From positions 2,272,001-2,336,000 of the forward strand of contig OZ253580.1 of assembly GCA_965263035.1 (NCBI GenBank): 64,000 bases of DNA. Reading direction: 5' to 3'. Every line of letters begins with the position of its first letter. Within the stretch, counting starts at the first letter, position 1. Below are positions 30,353-39,490 of this stretch, piece by piece. The notes under the pieces are model-generated. The model was not told the DNA's origin, made no database searches, and saw only the letters and a program-made list of their open reading frames with translations. A program made the position numbers and the translations under genes. This DNA comes from Acidobacteriota bacterium (lineage in GTDB: Bacteria > Acidobacteriota > UBA6911 > RPQK01 > JAJDTT01).

Positions 30353-30441
30353 CGCGCGATGCCGCCCAGGCCGAGTTCCTTGAGGAACCCACGGCGGTCC
30401 CGGCCCACCGGTCGAGTTCCATCGGCTCCGTCAGTGAACAT
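30353..30441 (-). pseudogene. DUF1501 5' stub (copy 3) truncated at a REP
   Basis: MFTDGADGTRPVGRDRRGFLKELGLGGIA followed by REP sequence. Confidence 0.8.
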
Positions 30442-32632
30442 AGATGAACTCGTTCAGGCTCATGACGGCATGGCAGTACTGTACCAGCGGGCTTTGAGCA
30501 TCCAAGGACCCCGGCTCGTTGCTTTCCTCCAACGCGCCGGCGCGCCGTTGACCGAGAAACGACAGGCCGATCTCGCGTTCTTCCACGGTCGGTGGCCGGG
30601 AAAGAGCAATCCGGTAGGCCGACTCGATCTGTCGGCCGGGGTCGCCTCCGACTCTGTCCCGCACCCGTTCGGCGAAGCGCGTCGCCTGCTCCCACACGAA
30701 TGGCGCATTCAGCATGAACGCCGTGCTGCCCGGTGTCGTGCTGATGTGACGAAGGCCGACGCTTTGCGTGTTGTCCGGAAGGTCGAAGATCTTGAGGACC
30801 GGATGGAGGTTGAAGCGCGGCGACATGAGGTAGACGGACCGGCGCCAGGTGTCCGGCGTGTCCTTGAAAGGTTTCTTGCGGCTGCCAATGGGAGTGCTGG
30901 GCCCGTACATGTCCGGGCGCAGAGCGCCGGAGACGCTCAACATGTGGTCGCGGATGACTTCCGCCTCCATGCGCAAGGGCCTGCGGTGCCACAGGTACTC
31001 GTTGTAAGCATCGTGCCGGGCCTGAGCCAACTTCGTGCTGGCCGCCTGTTTGTACACGGAGCTGTTCATGATCAGCCGGTGGATCGGTTTCAATCGCCAG
31101 CCCTCCTGGACGAGCTGGGAAGCGAGCCAATCCAGCAGAGCGGGGTGGGTGGGCTCGGTTCCGAGTCTGCCGAAATCATTCGGGGTGCTGACGATGCCGC
31201 GCCCGAAATGATGTTGCCAGAGACGATTGACGATCACCCGAGCCAGCAACGCGCCGGCGCCATGCTCGACGTCGGTCATCCAGTTCGCAAGCATCCGAAG
31301 CTTCGATGCCTCGAGCTCCTCCTCGGGGCCATCGGCGGCTTCGGAACGGGGCCGCCAATCCTTCGCGCTGCGACCGTCCCGCATCATGACGCGCAGGAAA
31401 CCGGGTTCGACCGGCTTGACGGGCCGCTGCCAACTGCCCCCGGCCAGCAGATGGGGTGTGGTCACCTCCAGGGGGACGTGCTTGCCGCCTGCGTCCGGCT
31501 TGACCTCGGCTTCGTCGAAGAATACGGCCGTCAACTGGTAATACTCTTCGGCCGTGATCGGGTCGATCTTGTGGTCGTGGCAACGCGCACACCCGACCGT
31601 GAGGGCAAGGAACGCCTGACCGGTCGCCGACACCATGTCGTCGAGGCGGTGAAACTTGCGATCGTTCGGGTTGTCGCTCCCGCTCAGGTTCGTCCCAATG
31701 TGAACGAACATGCCCAGATCCCGCCGGCCGGCGGGGAAACCTTTCGGAGCGCCGGCAACCTGGTCGCGGACGAACTCGTCGTAAGGCAGATCGTCATTGA
31801 AAGCGCGAATCACGGCGTCGCGGTATCGATACGCGTCCTCTCGAAGTGCGTTGTCCCCCTCGTGTGCTCCAAGGCTCTCGCCAAACCGAGCCACATCCAA
31901 CCAGTGCCGTCCCCACCGTTCGCCGTAGTGCGGGCTGGCGAGCAGCCGGTCAACGAGCTGGCGAAAGGGTTCCGCAGAAGAATCTCGAACGAACGCCTCG
32001 ACTTCGTCGGGCGCAGGCGGCAGACCGATCAGGTCGAAGTAGGCGCGGCGAATCAGCGTGGGACGATCGGCCTCCTGTGCCGGACGAAACTGCTTCTCGT
32101 GCAGCGTGGCGAGGACGAAACGATCAATGGGCGAGTCCCGCCACGCGGCCTCATCCGGACCTGCCGCGGACACCTGAGGCGGATCGACAGGACGCAGCGG
32201 GCGGAAGGCCCAGTGGCGGCGTCCTGATTCGAGATCCATCTTCGCCGTGTCAATGGCCTTCGCATCTCTCGGATCGGGCGCGCCGAGGGCCACCCATTTG
32301 ACGAAGTCAGCGATGACCTGGTCGGGCAGTTTGCCGCCCGGCGGCATCTGCAGGTTGGGGTCGGTGTAGTTGAGAGCGTCGATCAGCATCGACTGATCGG
32401 GTCGCCCCGGCACGACGACGGAGCCCCGCGCCCCGCCCCGCTCGACACCCTCCCGCGTGTCCAGCTGCAGCTTCCCCATCAGCATTCCCGTGCCGGCGGC
32501 CTCTGCCGAGTGACACTGATAGCAGCGCTCCGCCAGCACCGGACGGATCTTCTTCTCGAAGAAGTCGATACGGTTTTGACCGGGTTCCTCGGGGGCTCCG
32601 AGCAGACTGAGGGCGATTACGAATAGGATCAC
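30431..32632 (-). CDS. Planctomycete cytochrome c + DUF1549/DUF1553 protein
   Basis: CYQCH, YGERWGRHWLD, CARCHDHK and VNRLWQHHFGRG motifs. Confidence 0.92.
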   Translation of the reverse strand: MILFVIALSLLGAPEEPGQNRIDFFEKKIRPVLAERCYQCHSAEAAGTGMLMGKLQLDTREGVERGGARGSVVVPGRPDQSMLIDALNYTDPNLQMPPGGKLPDQVIADFVKWVALGAPDPRDAKAIDTAKMDLESGRRHWAFRPLRPVDPPQVSAAGPDEAAWRDSPIDRFVLATLHEKQFRPAQEADRPTLIRRAYFDLIGLPPAPDEVEAFVRDSSAEPFRQLVDRLLASPHYGERWGRHWLDVARFGESLGAHEGDNALREDAYRYRDAVIRAFNDDLPYDEFVRDQVAGAPKGFPAGRRDLGMFVHIGTNLSGSDNPNDRKFHRLDDMVSATGQAFLALTVGCARCHDHKIDPITAEEYYQLTAVFFDEAEVKPDAGGKHVPLEVTTPHLLAGGSWQRPVKPVEPGFLRVMMRDGRSAKDWRPRSEAADGPEEELEASKLRMLANWMTDVEHGAGALLARVIVNRLWQHHFGRGIVSTPNDFGRLGTEPTHPALLDWLASQLVQEGWRLKPIHRLIMNSSVYKQAASTKLAQARHDAYNEYLWHRRPLRMEAEVIRDHMLSVSGALRPDMYGPSTPIGSRKKPFKDTPDTWRRSVYLMSPRFNLHPVLKIFDLPDNTQSVGLRHISTTPGSTAFMLNAPFVWEQATRFAERVRDRVGGDPGRQIESAYRIALSRPPTVEEREIGLSFLGQRRAGALEESNEPGSLDAQSPLVQYCHAVMSLNEFIYVH

Positions 32633-32716
32633 GCGACTACCTTGGGCTTGTACTCGAAATCCTATTCGGATTGTAGAAGGAAATCCACCGAGCGAACGGA
32701 CGTGTGCCTTGGTCCC

Positions 32717-33589
32717 TCAGTAGGTCCCAATCCCCAGCACATCCTTCTCCCAGGGTGTCAGTCGTTTGATCTGTTCGGGAGAAAGAGCGCGAACCTCCGT
32801 GTACTCGGGGATGGTCTCCTCGAGACCCAGCAGCTTTCGCATTTCCGGGAGGAGACGATCTTGCACGCTCTGCGGGATGACGCGGGCGTTGTCGATCATC
32901 CCTTTGACCCACCAGCGATGAAAAAAGGCCAAGATGGAATGCCGGTCGTGGTTGCTACGGTTGATGCCGCTGGCGTGCCAAAGCGCCGCATCCCAGACGA
33001 TGGCCGTACCCGCGGGAACAGTCGCTTGGTGGGATCCCGGGTAGTCCGCATCCGGGTCGGGGATCCGGCAAGATTTGTGAGTGCCGGGCCAAACCAGCGT
33101 AGCGCCGTTTTCGGCTTTGAAATCCACAACCGCCCAGGCGACATTGATTGCCATCGGGTAGTGCCTGCCGTCCTCGAAGGGCACGATGCTGAACGGAGAC
33201 CGGTCGGCGTGAATCTGAAACCCGCGCCCGGGTTCCCTGCCCTCGCTGGGTCGAATCGAACGCGCCGTCGTATCGTACAGAACCATATCCTCACCCAAGT
33301 AGTCACGGCACACGGAGAGGACCGCCGGGTTCAGGTAGAACGTTTCGAAGCAAGGGTGCTTGCCCACGATACAGTGGGCGGACCAGCAGTGCTCAGACGA
33401 AGTTCCCAGCCGCAGAGCGATTTCGCTCTCCCGTTGGTAGATATCTTCGGCCGCCTGAATGGCTGGAGCAAAATACTCGGCGTCGAGAGCGTCCGGGATG
33501 ATCGTGTAACCGTGCTCCTCAAGTTCTCCAACGTGGAACTCTCGTTCCGACGGCGTTAGTTCTCTACCGCTCGAGAAGCTGCTCTTCAT
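32717..33589 (-). CDS. phytanoyl-CoA dioxygenase family protein
   Basis: HAD, NGATLVWPGTH and WHASG motifs. Confidence 0.88.
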   Translation of the reverse strand: MKSSFSSGRELTPSEREFHVGELEEHGYTIIPDALDAEYFAPAIQAAEDIYQRESEIALRLGTSSEHCWSAHCIVGKHPCFETFYLNPAVLSVCRDYLGEDMVLYDTTARSIRPSEGREPGRGFQIHADRSPFSIVPFEDGRHYPMAINVAWAVVDFKAENGATLVWPGTHKSCRIPDPDADYPGSHQATVPAGTAIVWDAALWHASGINRSNHDRHSILAFFHRWWVKGMIDNARVIPQSVQDRLLPEMRKLLGLEETIPEYTEVRALSPEQIKRLTPWEKDVLGIGTY

Positions 33590-33777
33590 AAATCATGCCC
33601 CACAAACCGTTCTGGAAATGCCACTGCTTGGCAGCGTCTGCGTTAGTTAACCAGCCTACTACACGATTTCCTTCTCGAAAACACGCAGAGATGGTGACTG
33701 TCCCCTTCTCGCGCGCGCGGGTGACCCGCCAGATCCGCGCTCACGTCCGGTGACGTCCGCCAGCGCCGGCGGCCGCT

Positions 33778-34653
33778 TTATGGACCGGCCCGCCGCGATC
33801 GCGGGAGTGCCAGCGCCACGCCGCCAAGAATCAGCACGGAGGAGAGCACGAGCCGAAACGTGACGGACTCTCCCATGATGAGCACGCCGCCCGCCGCGGC
33901 GATCACGGGTACGGACAGCTGCACTGTGGCCGCGAAGGTCGCGGTGAGGCCGCCCAGCACCGTGTACCAGATCGCATAGCCGGCCCCCGACGCCAGCGCG
34001 CCGGAGGTGACGGCGAGCAGCGCGCCGGCAGGCGTGATCTCGAAGTCTCCCACGCTCAGCAGGCTGACTACCGCGACCATCGGCACGCTGCGAACGAAGT
34101 TATCGCGGGTTTCTCCCAGCGGGTCCGTAGCACCGCGGCCGTGAAGCGAGTACAGCCCCCAGGCGATCCCGGCCACCGCCATGAGCACGCTGCCCGTGGG
34201 AGACGGCGCCGTCACGCCCGGCAGCACCAGGTACGTCATGCCGCCGAGTGCGGAGGCCAAGCCGATCCACTGCAGCAGACGAGGGCGCTCACCGGAGACC
34301 AGGCCCGCGACGAGCATCGTGGCCTGCACCGCGGCAAAGAGGATCAGCGCGCCCGTGCCGGTCGTGAGCGTGTTGTACGCGAAGGAGAACGGGACCGCGT
34401 AAAGGAACAGGAGCGCCGCGGAGAACCAGCCCGCCCTGCGCGGCGTGCGCGCTCCCCGCCGCACGGCGTTGATGGCCGCGAGGGCCAGCGCCCCCGACAG
34501 CAGACGAATCGCGGAGAAGCTGGCCGCGTCGATCTCCCCGCCCCCGAGCGCCGCGCGGCACAGGACCGAGTTGGCGGCGAAGGCGACCATCGCCGCCGTC
34601 GTCAGGAGGCTGACGTACCTGACCCGCGCCACGGCGTCAGACGTGGCCACCAT
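33778..34653 (-). CDS. DMT/EamA family transporter
   Basis: AFAANSVLCR and about 10 TM segments. Confidence 0.88.
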   Translation of the reverse strand: MVATSDAVARVRYVSLLTTAAMVAFAANSVLCRAALGGGEIDAASFSAIRLLSGALALAAINAVRRGARTPRRAGWFSAALLFLYAVPFSFAYNTLTTGTGALILFAAVQATMLVAGLVSGERPRLLQWIGLASALGGMTYLVLPGVTAPSPTGSVLMAVAGIAWGLYSLHGRGATDPLGETRDNFVRSVPMVAVVSLLSVGDFEITPAGALLAVTSGALASGAGYAIWYTVLGGLTATFAATVQLSVPVIAAAGGVLIMGESVTFRLVLSSVLILGGVALALPRSRRAGP

Positions 34654-35126
34654 CGATCCACGTGCAGTAAATAGGTTTCGTATGATCCTCCGAATCTTTG
34701 ACGAAGTGTCGGCTCCTCATAGAACAGCACATTCAGGTGGAACGCCACCAGCATCACCCCTGCGTACGCGAACAGGCGGGCCTGGCCGAAGAGCAACGCC
34801 TGCCCTGAAATGATGATCAGCACGGAGACGTACATTGGGTTTCGCACGAACCGATAGAGGCCGGACGCCACCAGCACTTCGGTCTGCGCCACCGGTGCCG
34901 GTGTGCCACGCCCCTCAAGAACGAAGCGGGCGAAGCAGTCCAGCAGGCAGGCCAGGCCCGCCGCGACCGCCGCGACACCCACTACCCGCTCGCCCGGTAG
35001 CCCGAGCAGAGGTGGCTGCATCGTCCAACCGACCAGTGCGAACGGGCCGACGCCGGCAACGACAGCGGGAGCGACCCAGAAGAAGACGAACGACCCCACG
35101 ATCGCACGCGTACGTGTGCCCTTCAC
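34602..35126 (-). CDS. isoprenylcysteine carboxylmethyltransferase / PEMT family protein
   Basis: GRGTPAP, GLYRFVRNPMY and EEPTL..FG..Y motifs. Confidence 0.85.
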   Translation of the reverse strand: MKGTRTRAIVGSFVFFWVAPAVVAGVGPFALVGWTMQPPLLGLPGERVVGVAAVAAGLACLLDCFARFVLEGRGTPAPVAQTEVLVASGLYRFVRNPMYVSVLIIISGQALLFGQARLFAYAGVMLVAFHLNVLFYEEPTLRQRFGGSYETYLLHVDRWWPRLTPWRGSGTSAS

Positions 35127-35431
35127 AAACCCGTCATGAAACCCTGGGAGTCTGGCAGGTGATGTCCAGGCGGCTTCGCGCCTGTTGTCGTGCGCCGCCT
35201 GTGAGACTTCGCATGCAGTCTCGTCCCCCGTTCAGCATACCGGCACTCGCGCCAATTCTTAATTCTTTATAGCTTGATGGTAGTGCTATCAAGGAGAAGC
35301 CGTTCCCTCGGAGGAAGGGAATGAGGTGGTGACTGTCCCCATTTCGTCCGCGGTCCGTTCTCAGATCTCCCACCGCCATCTCATTTGACCCGCAATCTCG
35401 AAGAGTGTATGGCTATTCATTGGCTTCAGAT

Positions 35432-36415
35432 ATGAGACACATCGTTGTTCTGCTGGTTTCTGCCCTGGCTTTTTTCGGTATCGGGACGGCTTGGTGCGAG
35501 GGGGCCGGGTCCGGGAAGCCTGATCCGGACGGCATCGGGCGCTTCTTCCTGGTCTCGTCGGAAGGGCTCTACATCGTCGAATCCGATGGCCGCTGTTCCT
35601 GGTCATTCACCGTCCCTCCACTCGACGGACAATCTCCCGGCGAGTTCGACGACCTGATCTACGACGGCTGGGCTCTCACCAACGGAAATATTCTCTACGG
35701 GACGCATCGCTATGTGCGAGAAATAAATCGCCAAAAGCAGACGGTGTGGGAGTACCGTGTCGAAGGAAAGAACAAGGTCAAGACCTGCCTGCCCTTGCCC
35801 AACGGCCGGGTAGCGGTGCTCAACAGCCAGGAGCAGGCCATTCTTGAATTGGAATCGGGGACCGGACAGGTCCTGCACCGGATCCCCGTTCCCGCTGAAG
35901 GAACACTCCATACCCGCTACAACCTCTTGCGTCGAACTCCGGAGGGAAACTACCTGGTCGCGCTGCGTGCCGAGGAGAGATTCGTGGAAGTGGATTCCGC
36001 CGGCAGGATCCTCCGCTCCCTGCCGGTCCCGAGTCTGCCTGCCCTGGCCCTGACGCTGAGCGACGGCACCACCCTCTGCAGCGGCCGCTTCGGCCTGATC
36101 AGGTTTGATGCGAACGAAAAAGTGACGTGGAGCTTCACCCCTGAGGATGCGGCGCCCCACTTCCCACTGTTGATCGCAGTCGGGATAGTGGAGCTGTCCG
36201 ACGGCCGATTGCTGGTGGTGAACTCCGACTGGCATTACCAGAAACCGGGTGAGAATCGTGTGCAGCTCTTCATCACGGATTCCTCGAAGGACGTTTCGTG
36301 GACTCTTCCGGTGACCGCCTTCGACGGCTGGAAGCGGGGAGAGATCGAGCCCAAGACGGGTCTGCTTGAACATCGAGCCGGGGTGGTCCAGCTGCTGGGC
36401 CCTGACATTCCCTGA
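35432..36415 (+). CDS. secreted beta-propeller-like hypothetical protein
   Basis: Signal peptide; repeated LxNGN/LxDG..W motifs. Confidence 0.65.
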   Translation: MRHIVVLLVSALAFFGIGTAWCEGAGSGKPDPDGIGRFFLVSSEGLYIVESDGRCSWSFTVPPLDGQSPGEFDDLIYDGWALTNGNILYGTHRYVREINRQKQTVWEYRVEGKNKVKTCLPLPNGRVAVLNSQEQAILELESGTGQVLHRIPVPAEGTLHTRYNLLRRTPEGNYLVALRAEERFVEVDSAGRILRSLPVPSLPALALTLSDGTTLCSGRFGLIRFDANEKVTWSFTPEDAAPHFPLLIAVGIVELSDGRLLVVNSDWHYQKPGENRVQLFITDSSKDVSWTLPVTAFDGWKRGEIEPKTGLLEHRAGVVQLLGPDIP

Positions 36416-36537
36416 CCGTATTCACGGGTCTTCGTACCCTGGAACCGACCTCGCGAGAACGGGACTGTCCCCTTTTCGACTGTCCGGATGTAGAGACCTG
36501 CGACTTGTGACTTCTCGTTGAAGTTCAGCTCACTGGA

Positions 36538-37659
36538 TTACCGCGGCTGCAGCTTCACCCGCCAGAGCTCGAGACACTCACCCGACTGGTAGAGAATCAC
36601 GTTGGGCTCGACTTCGAAGATTGTCGGATAGGCCATTCTCCGGGAATAGTCGGCTACCGTGGTGGCAAGCCAGCCCTTTCCGGTGCCATCAGCATTGATT
36701 GCCAGTTGGCATTTCCTTCTCTGATCTTCTTGGCTCCAGTCCGTATTTTTCTCCCCGTGGCGCTGTACCAACTGGCCATAGGCTAGCGCCAAGCGCCCAT
36801 CCTTCAGCCTCAGCAGATAGGGGTCGACCCCAGGGCCCAGGCCCATGTCGGCGGGTGGGCTCCAGGTTCTTCCGCCGTCGCCGCTCCAGCTCGCCACCAT
36901 GGGCGAGTAGTGGCCGGTCCGCATCACGGCCAGCATCCGGCCATCGTCCAGCGGAAGCAACGCCCACTCATTGAATCCCTCCGTATCATCCTCCACCCCG
37001 GCACGCGGAGCGGCTACGGTGGAAAAGTATCGCCAGGTGTCTCCCTGATCGTCGGAGCGCATCAGGAAAGACCTCATCTTGGAGGGAGTCTCCATCTTGC
37101 TTCGAGGGTCGGTTGTCGGCATGTTGTCCTGCTCGAAGCTACCAATCATGCAGGCCAGCAGGGTCCCATCCGGCATCTCTCGAATGCCCCGATGGAAGAA
37201 GATGGCCGAGCTCTTCTGGCCCTTGACTTCCGAGAAGTCATCGTCGGGAACGGATCCTGCCTCCGGCATGATGAGGACCGTTTCCTTCTTCTCTACTGTC
37301 TTCATCCCGTCGCGGGAACGCCACATTCTCCCCACGCAGCGACCCGCCTCCCGACAGGTCACGTTCCAATAGAAGCCTAGGAACAGTCCCTTTCTCCAGA
37401 ACAAGGAGGTCAGCTTCTCGGCGAACAGGTACGAGCCAAACGGGGGATCGGACTCATCCACCGGCCAAAAATACCTGCCCCCATCGTTACTCTTGAGCGC
37501 CCCGTAGACATAGATGGTTCCATCCGGAGCCTGGACCGCCCTGGGATGACGACATCTGGCTGCCGTCACCTGCACATCCAACTCTGCCGCTGCCTGAATC
37601 ATGACCGGGGTCATGGTGATGAATGCCAGCAAATGGAATCCTCTCCGAACCTGCAGCAT
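36538..37659 (-). CDS. sialidase / BNR (Asp-box) repeat protein
   Basis: SNDGG, SDDQGDTW and SGDGGRTW Asp-boxes; signal peptide. Confidence 0.8.
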   Translation of the reverse strand: MLQVRRGFHLLAFITMTPVMIQAAAELDVQVTAARCRHPRAVQAPDGTIYVYGALKSNDGGRYFWPVDESDPPFGSYLFAEKLTSLFWRKGLFLGFYWNVTCREAGRCVGRMWRSRDGMKTVEKKETVLIMPEAGSVPDDDFSEVKGQKSSAIFFHRGIREMPDGTLLACMIGSFEQDNMPTTDPRSKMETPSKMRSFLMRSDDQGDTWRYFSTVAAPRAGVEDDTEGFNEWALLPLDDGRMLAVMRTGHYSPMVASWSGDGGRTWSPPADMGLGPGVDPYLLRLKDGRLALAYGQLVQRHGEKNTDWSQEDQRRKCQLAINADGTGKGWLATTVADYSRRMAYPTIFEVEPNVILYQSGECLELWRVKLQPR

Positions 37660-37902
37660 TTCATTTACCTCCTAATCCAGGTTGGGAAGGCGAAGTTTGC
37701 GTCGGCGGCTGTCACAGGCGCATGACTCTGCCGGAAGGTCGAGAGAAGGTGACTGTCCCCTTCTCATCTATACGAGAGCAACTCCTGGAGATCCTCGGCC
37801 GTCAGTCTCTCGGCGGAAGCGACCGTCTCGCGCACCTCAGAGAGCCGTGTTTCTCGACCGCCGGATAGTGCCTTGAGGACCGGTAACATCAACATTTGAA
37901 AG

Positions 37903-38241
37903 TCAGGAACGGGCATCGGTCGTACTCCCTGCTATCGACCCAATCGTTTGCCGGGGCTGGACACGCTCAACAATCCGGCGGCCAGACTCGATTTCTTCCC
38001 GCCGCAGTTCCCAAGTCTTCTGCAGGTTCATCCAGACCTGCGGAGTCGTCCCAAAGTAGCGCGCCAGGCGCAATGCCGTGTTGGCGGTCACACCCCGCTG
38101 TCCATTCAGGATCGCTGTGATTCGATTCACGGGCACGTCCAGCGCTTTCGACAGCGCATTGGCCGACATGCCAAGCGCGTCTAGTTCGTCCCGCAAGATC
38201 TCTCCCGGATGCACCGGTCGCATCCTATTCTTGAAACTCAT
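37903..38241 (-). CDS. higA: HigA antitoxin
   Basis: MSFKNRMRPVHPGEIL..NRITAILNGQRGVTANTALRLARYFGT. Confidence 0.9.
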   Translation of the reverse strand: MSFKNRMRPVHPGEILRDELDALGMSANALSKALDVPVNRITAILNGQRGVTANTALRLARYFGTTPQVWMNLQKTWELRREEIESGRRIVERVQPRQTIGSIAGSTTDARS

Positions 38242-38254
38242 CGCCTCGATCTCC

Positions 38255-38345
38255 TCAGTGATAATCCACGATCTCGACTTCGTAGGGCCCATCAACGCCC
38301 AGCATATTAACGACCACGACCGGAGGATGCTGTACAACGGCTGCC
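38255..38345 (-). pseudogene. HigB toxin remnant
   Basis: YSI... and DGPYEVEIVDYH* in a disrupted frame upstream of higA. Confidence 0.65.
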
Positions 38346-38942
38346 GCCCCATGGCGGTGGTGGTGAAAGGCTTGAGCAACGATGCGGAGAAAATCGGTCT
38401 AACCGAGCATCGCCTCTGGCTTGCAGCGGTGATGCACCTGCGGCCGGTCGGCCTCGACACGGATCTTTATGACCGAGACAAGACAGACGGGTCAATTCCA
38501 TACGTGAGCGCCCATGTCTTTGGTCCTGGATTCAACGTATCAGTGGAGTACTCGGGGCAGTGCCATGCAACCGCAAGGGGGAAATGTGGCGGGATTACAG
38601 AGTAGGGCATATGCTCCCCGGAGCAGCAGCTGGAACGCTTCGCTGCGGCGCCGCCCAAGTCGTCCTCGCGCCGCTGAACTCCCTCATCTTTAGGTTTCGG
38701 GAGGAGTCCCTGCGAGTGAAGGAAGAAGATTGCCGCCGCCGCTGAGCCAAGAGAAGGCGAGGATCGGGAAAGAGATGGTGACTGTCCCCTTCTGAAGACT
38801 CCGGTCCTTCTCGACTCAAAATAAAAATGTCCGAAAGGAGAGCAAGAGTTGAGAGTATGACCGCCCCAGAGAAAGGGAAGGACGTGAGGGACGCTCGTCG
38901 CTCCGGGGACCTTCCCGGAGAGACGAGTTGTGCTTGGAAGGA

Positions 38943-39298
38943 TGGTGGAGGCGGTGGGAATCGAACCCACGTCCGGAAGCCTTCGGCGGCAGAATCTACA
39001 TGCTTATCCAGTTTCCCGATCCGATCCAACTGGCATGGAAACTGGAAAAGCCGCCAGCCGAACCGTCCCTCATCAGGGTCTCAGTCCCTCGCCGAGGGAG
39101 GGGCAAGGAACTGACAAGCCCGCTGAAATGACGCCCCGAACCTCCCTGCGGGCCTGAAGGCCGGAACGACCGCGTTAATTACGCGGCGAGTGCGAACTCA
39201 TCGTTGGCACTTGATGTTTTTACCACGGTTTTACGAGGTGGTGGCACCTCGACATGCATCTACGACCTCAACTACTCCCGTCGAATCCAGTCGCCCCC
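38943..39298 (-). ncRNA. ssrA: tmRNA (SsrA), tag peptide ANDEFALAA
   Basis: 5' GGGGGCGACTGGATTCGAC; 3' GGTTCGATTCCCACCGCCTCCACCA; internal GCC AAC GAT GAG TTC GCA CTC GCC GCG TAA. Confidence 0.97.
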
Positions 39299-39490
39299 CT
39301 TTCCTAGTCCTTATCCTATCAAGACGGCGGTTAGCCCGGTGCGGTTGCAAAAAAGATTGGCGGCCCCGACGCTTTGTGAATCCTACTCGGCTCCTCATAC
39401 GCCGGATTCCGCCGGTGAACGCTCGCCGTAGTTCGGGTCGGGACTCCGAATCGGACGAGCCGCCGGCCTCCAGACTGCTATCATCTTCCT

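Larger units (their letters stand above)
6208..38793 (+). repeat. 23-bp imperfect palindromic site family delimiting gene cassettes (22 copies)
   Basis: Consensus GAGAAGGTGACTGTCCCCTTCTC. Inverted copies at 6208 and 6269. Direct copies start at about 8740, 9365, 11755, 12133, 12539, 16166, 18557, 19385, 19611, 22791, 25300, 26666, 28228, 28581, 30270 (degenerate), 33688, 35323, 36455, 37743 and 38772. Confidence 0.9.

Noticed and set aside
6208-38793. CRISPR array interpretation of the 23-bp repeats
   Set aside because: Spacing is hundreds to thousands of bp and gene-containing, the copies are variable, and there are no cas genes.
6208-38793. Classical integron or CALIN
   Set aside because: The sites are too short, lack RYYYAAC/GTTRRRY boxes, and there is no intI.
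8740-38793. Sites as ordinary Rho-independent terminators
   Set aside because: No consistent U-tract, orientation is fixed regardless of gene strand, they occur at mid-gene truncations, and they were not seen in the core region. A secondary terminator role is not excluded.
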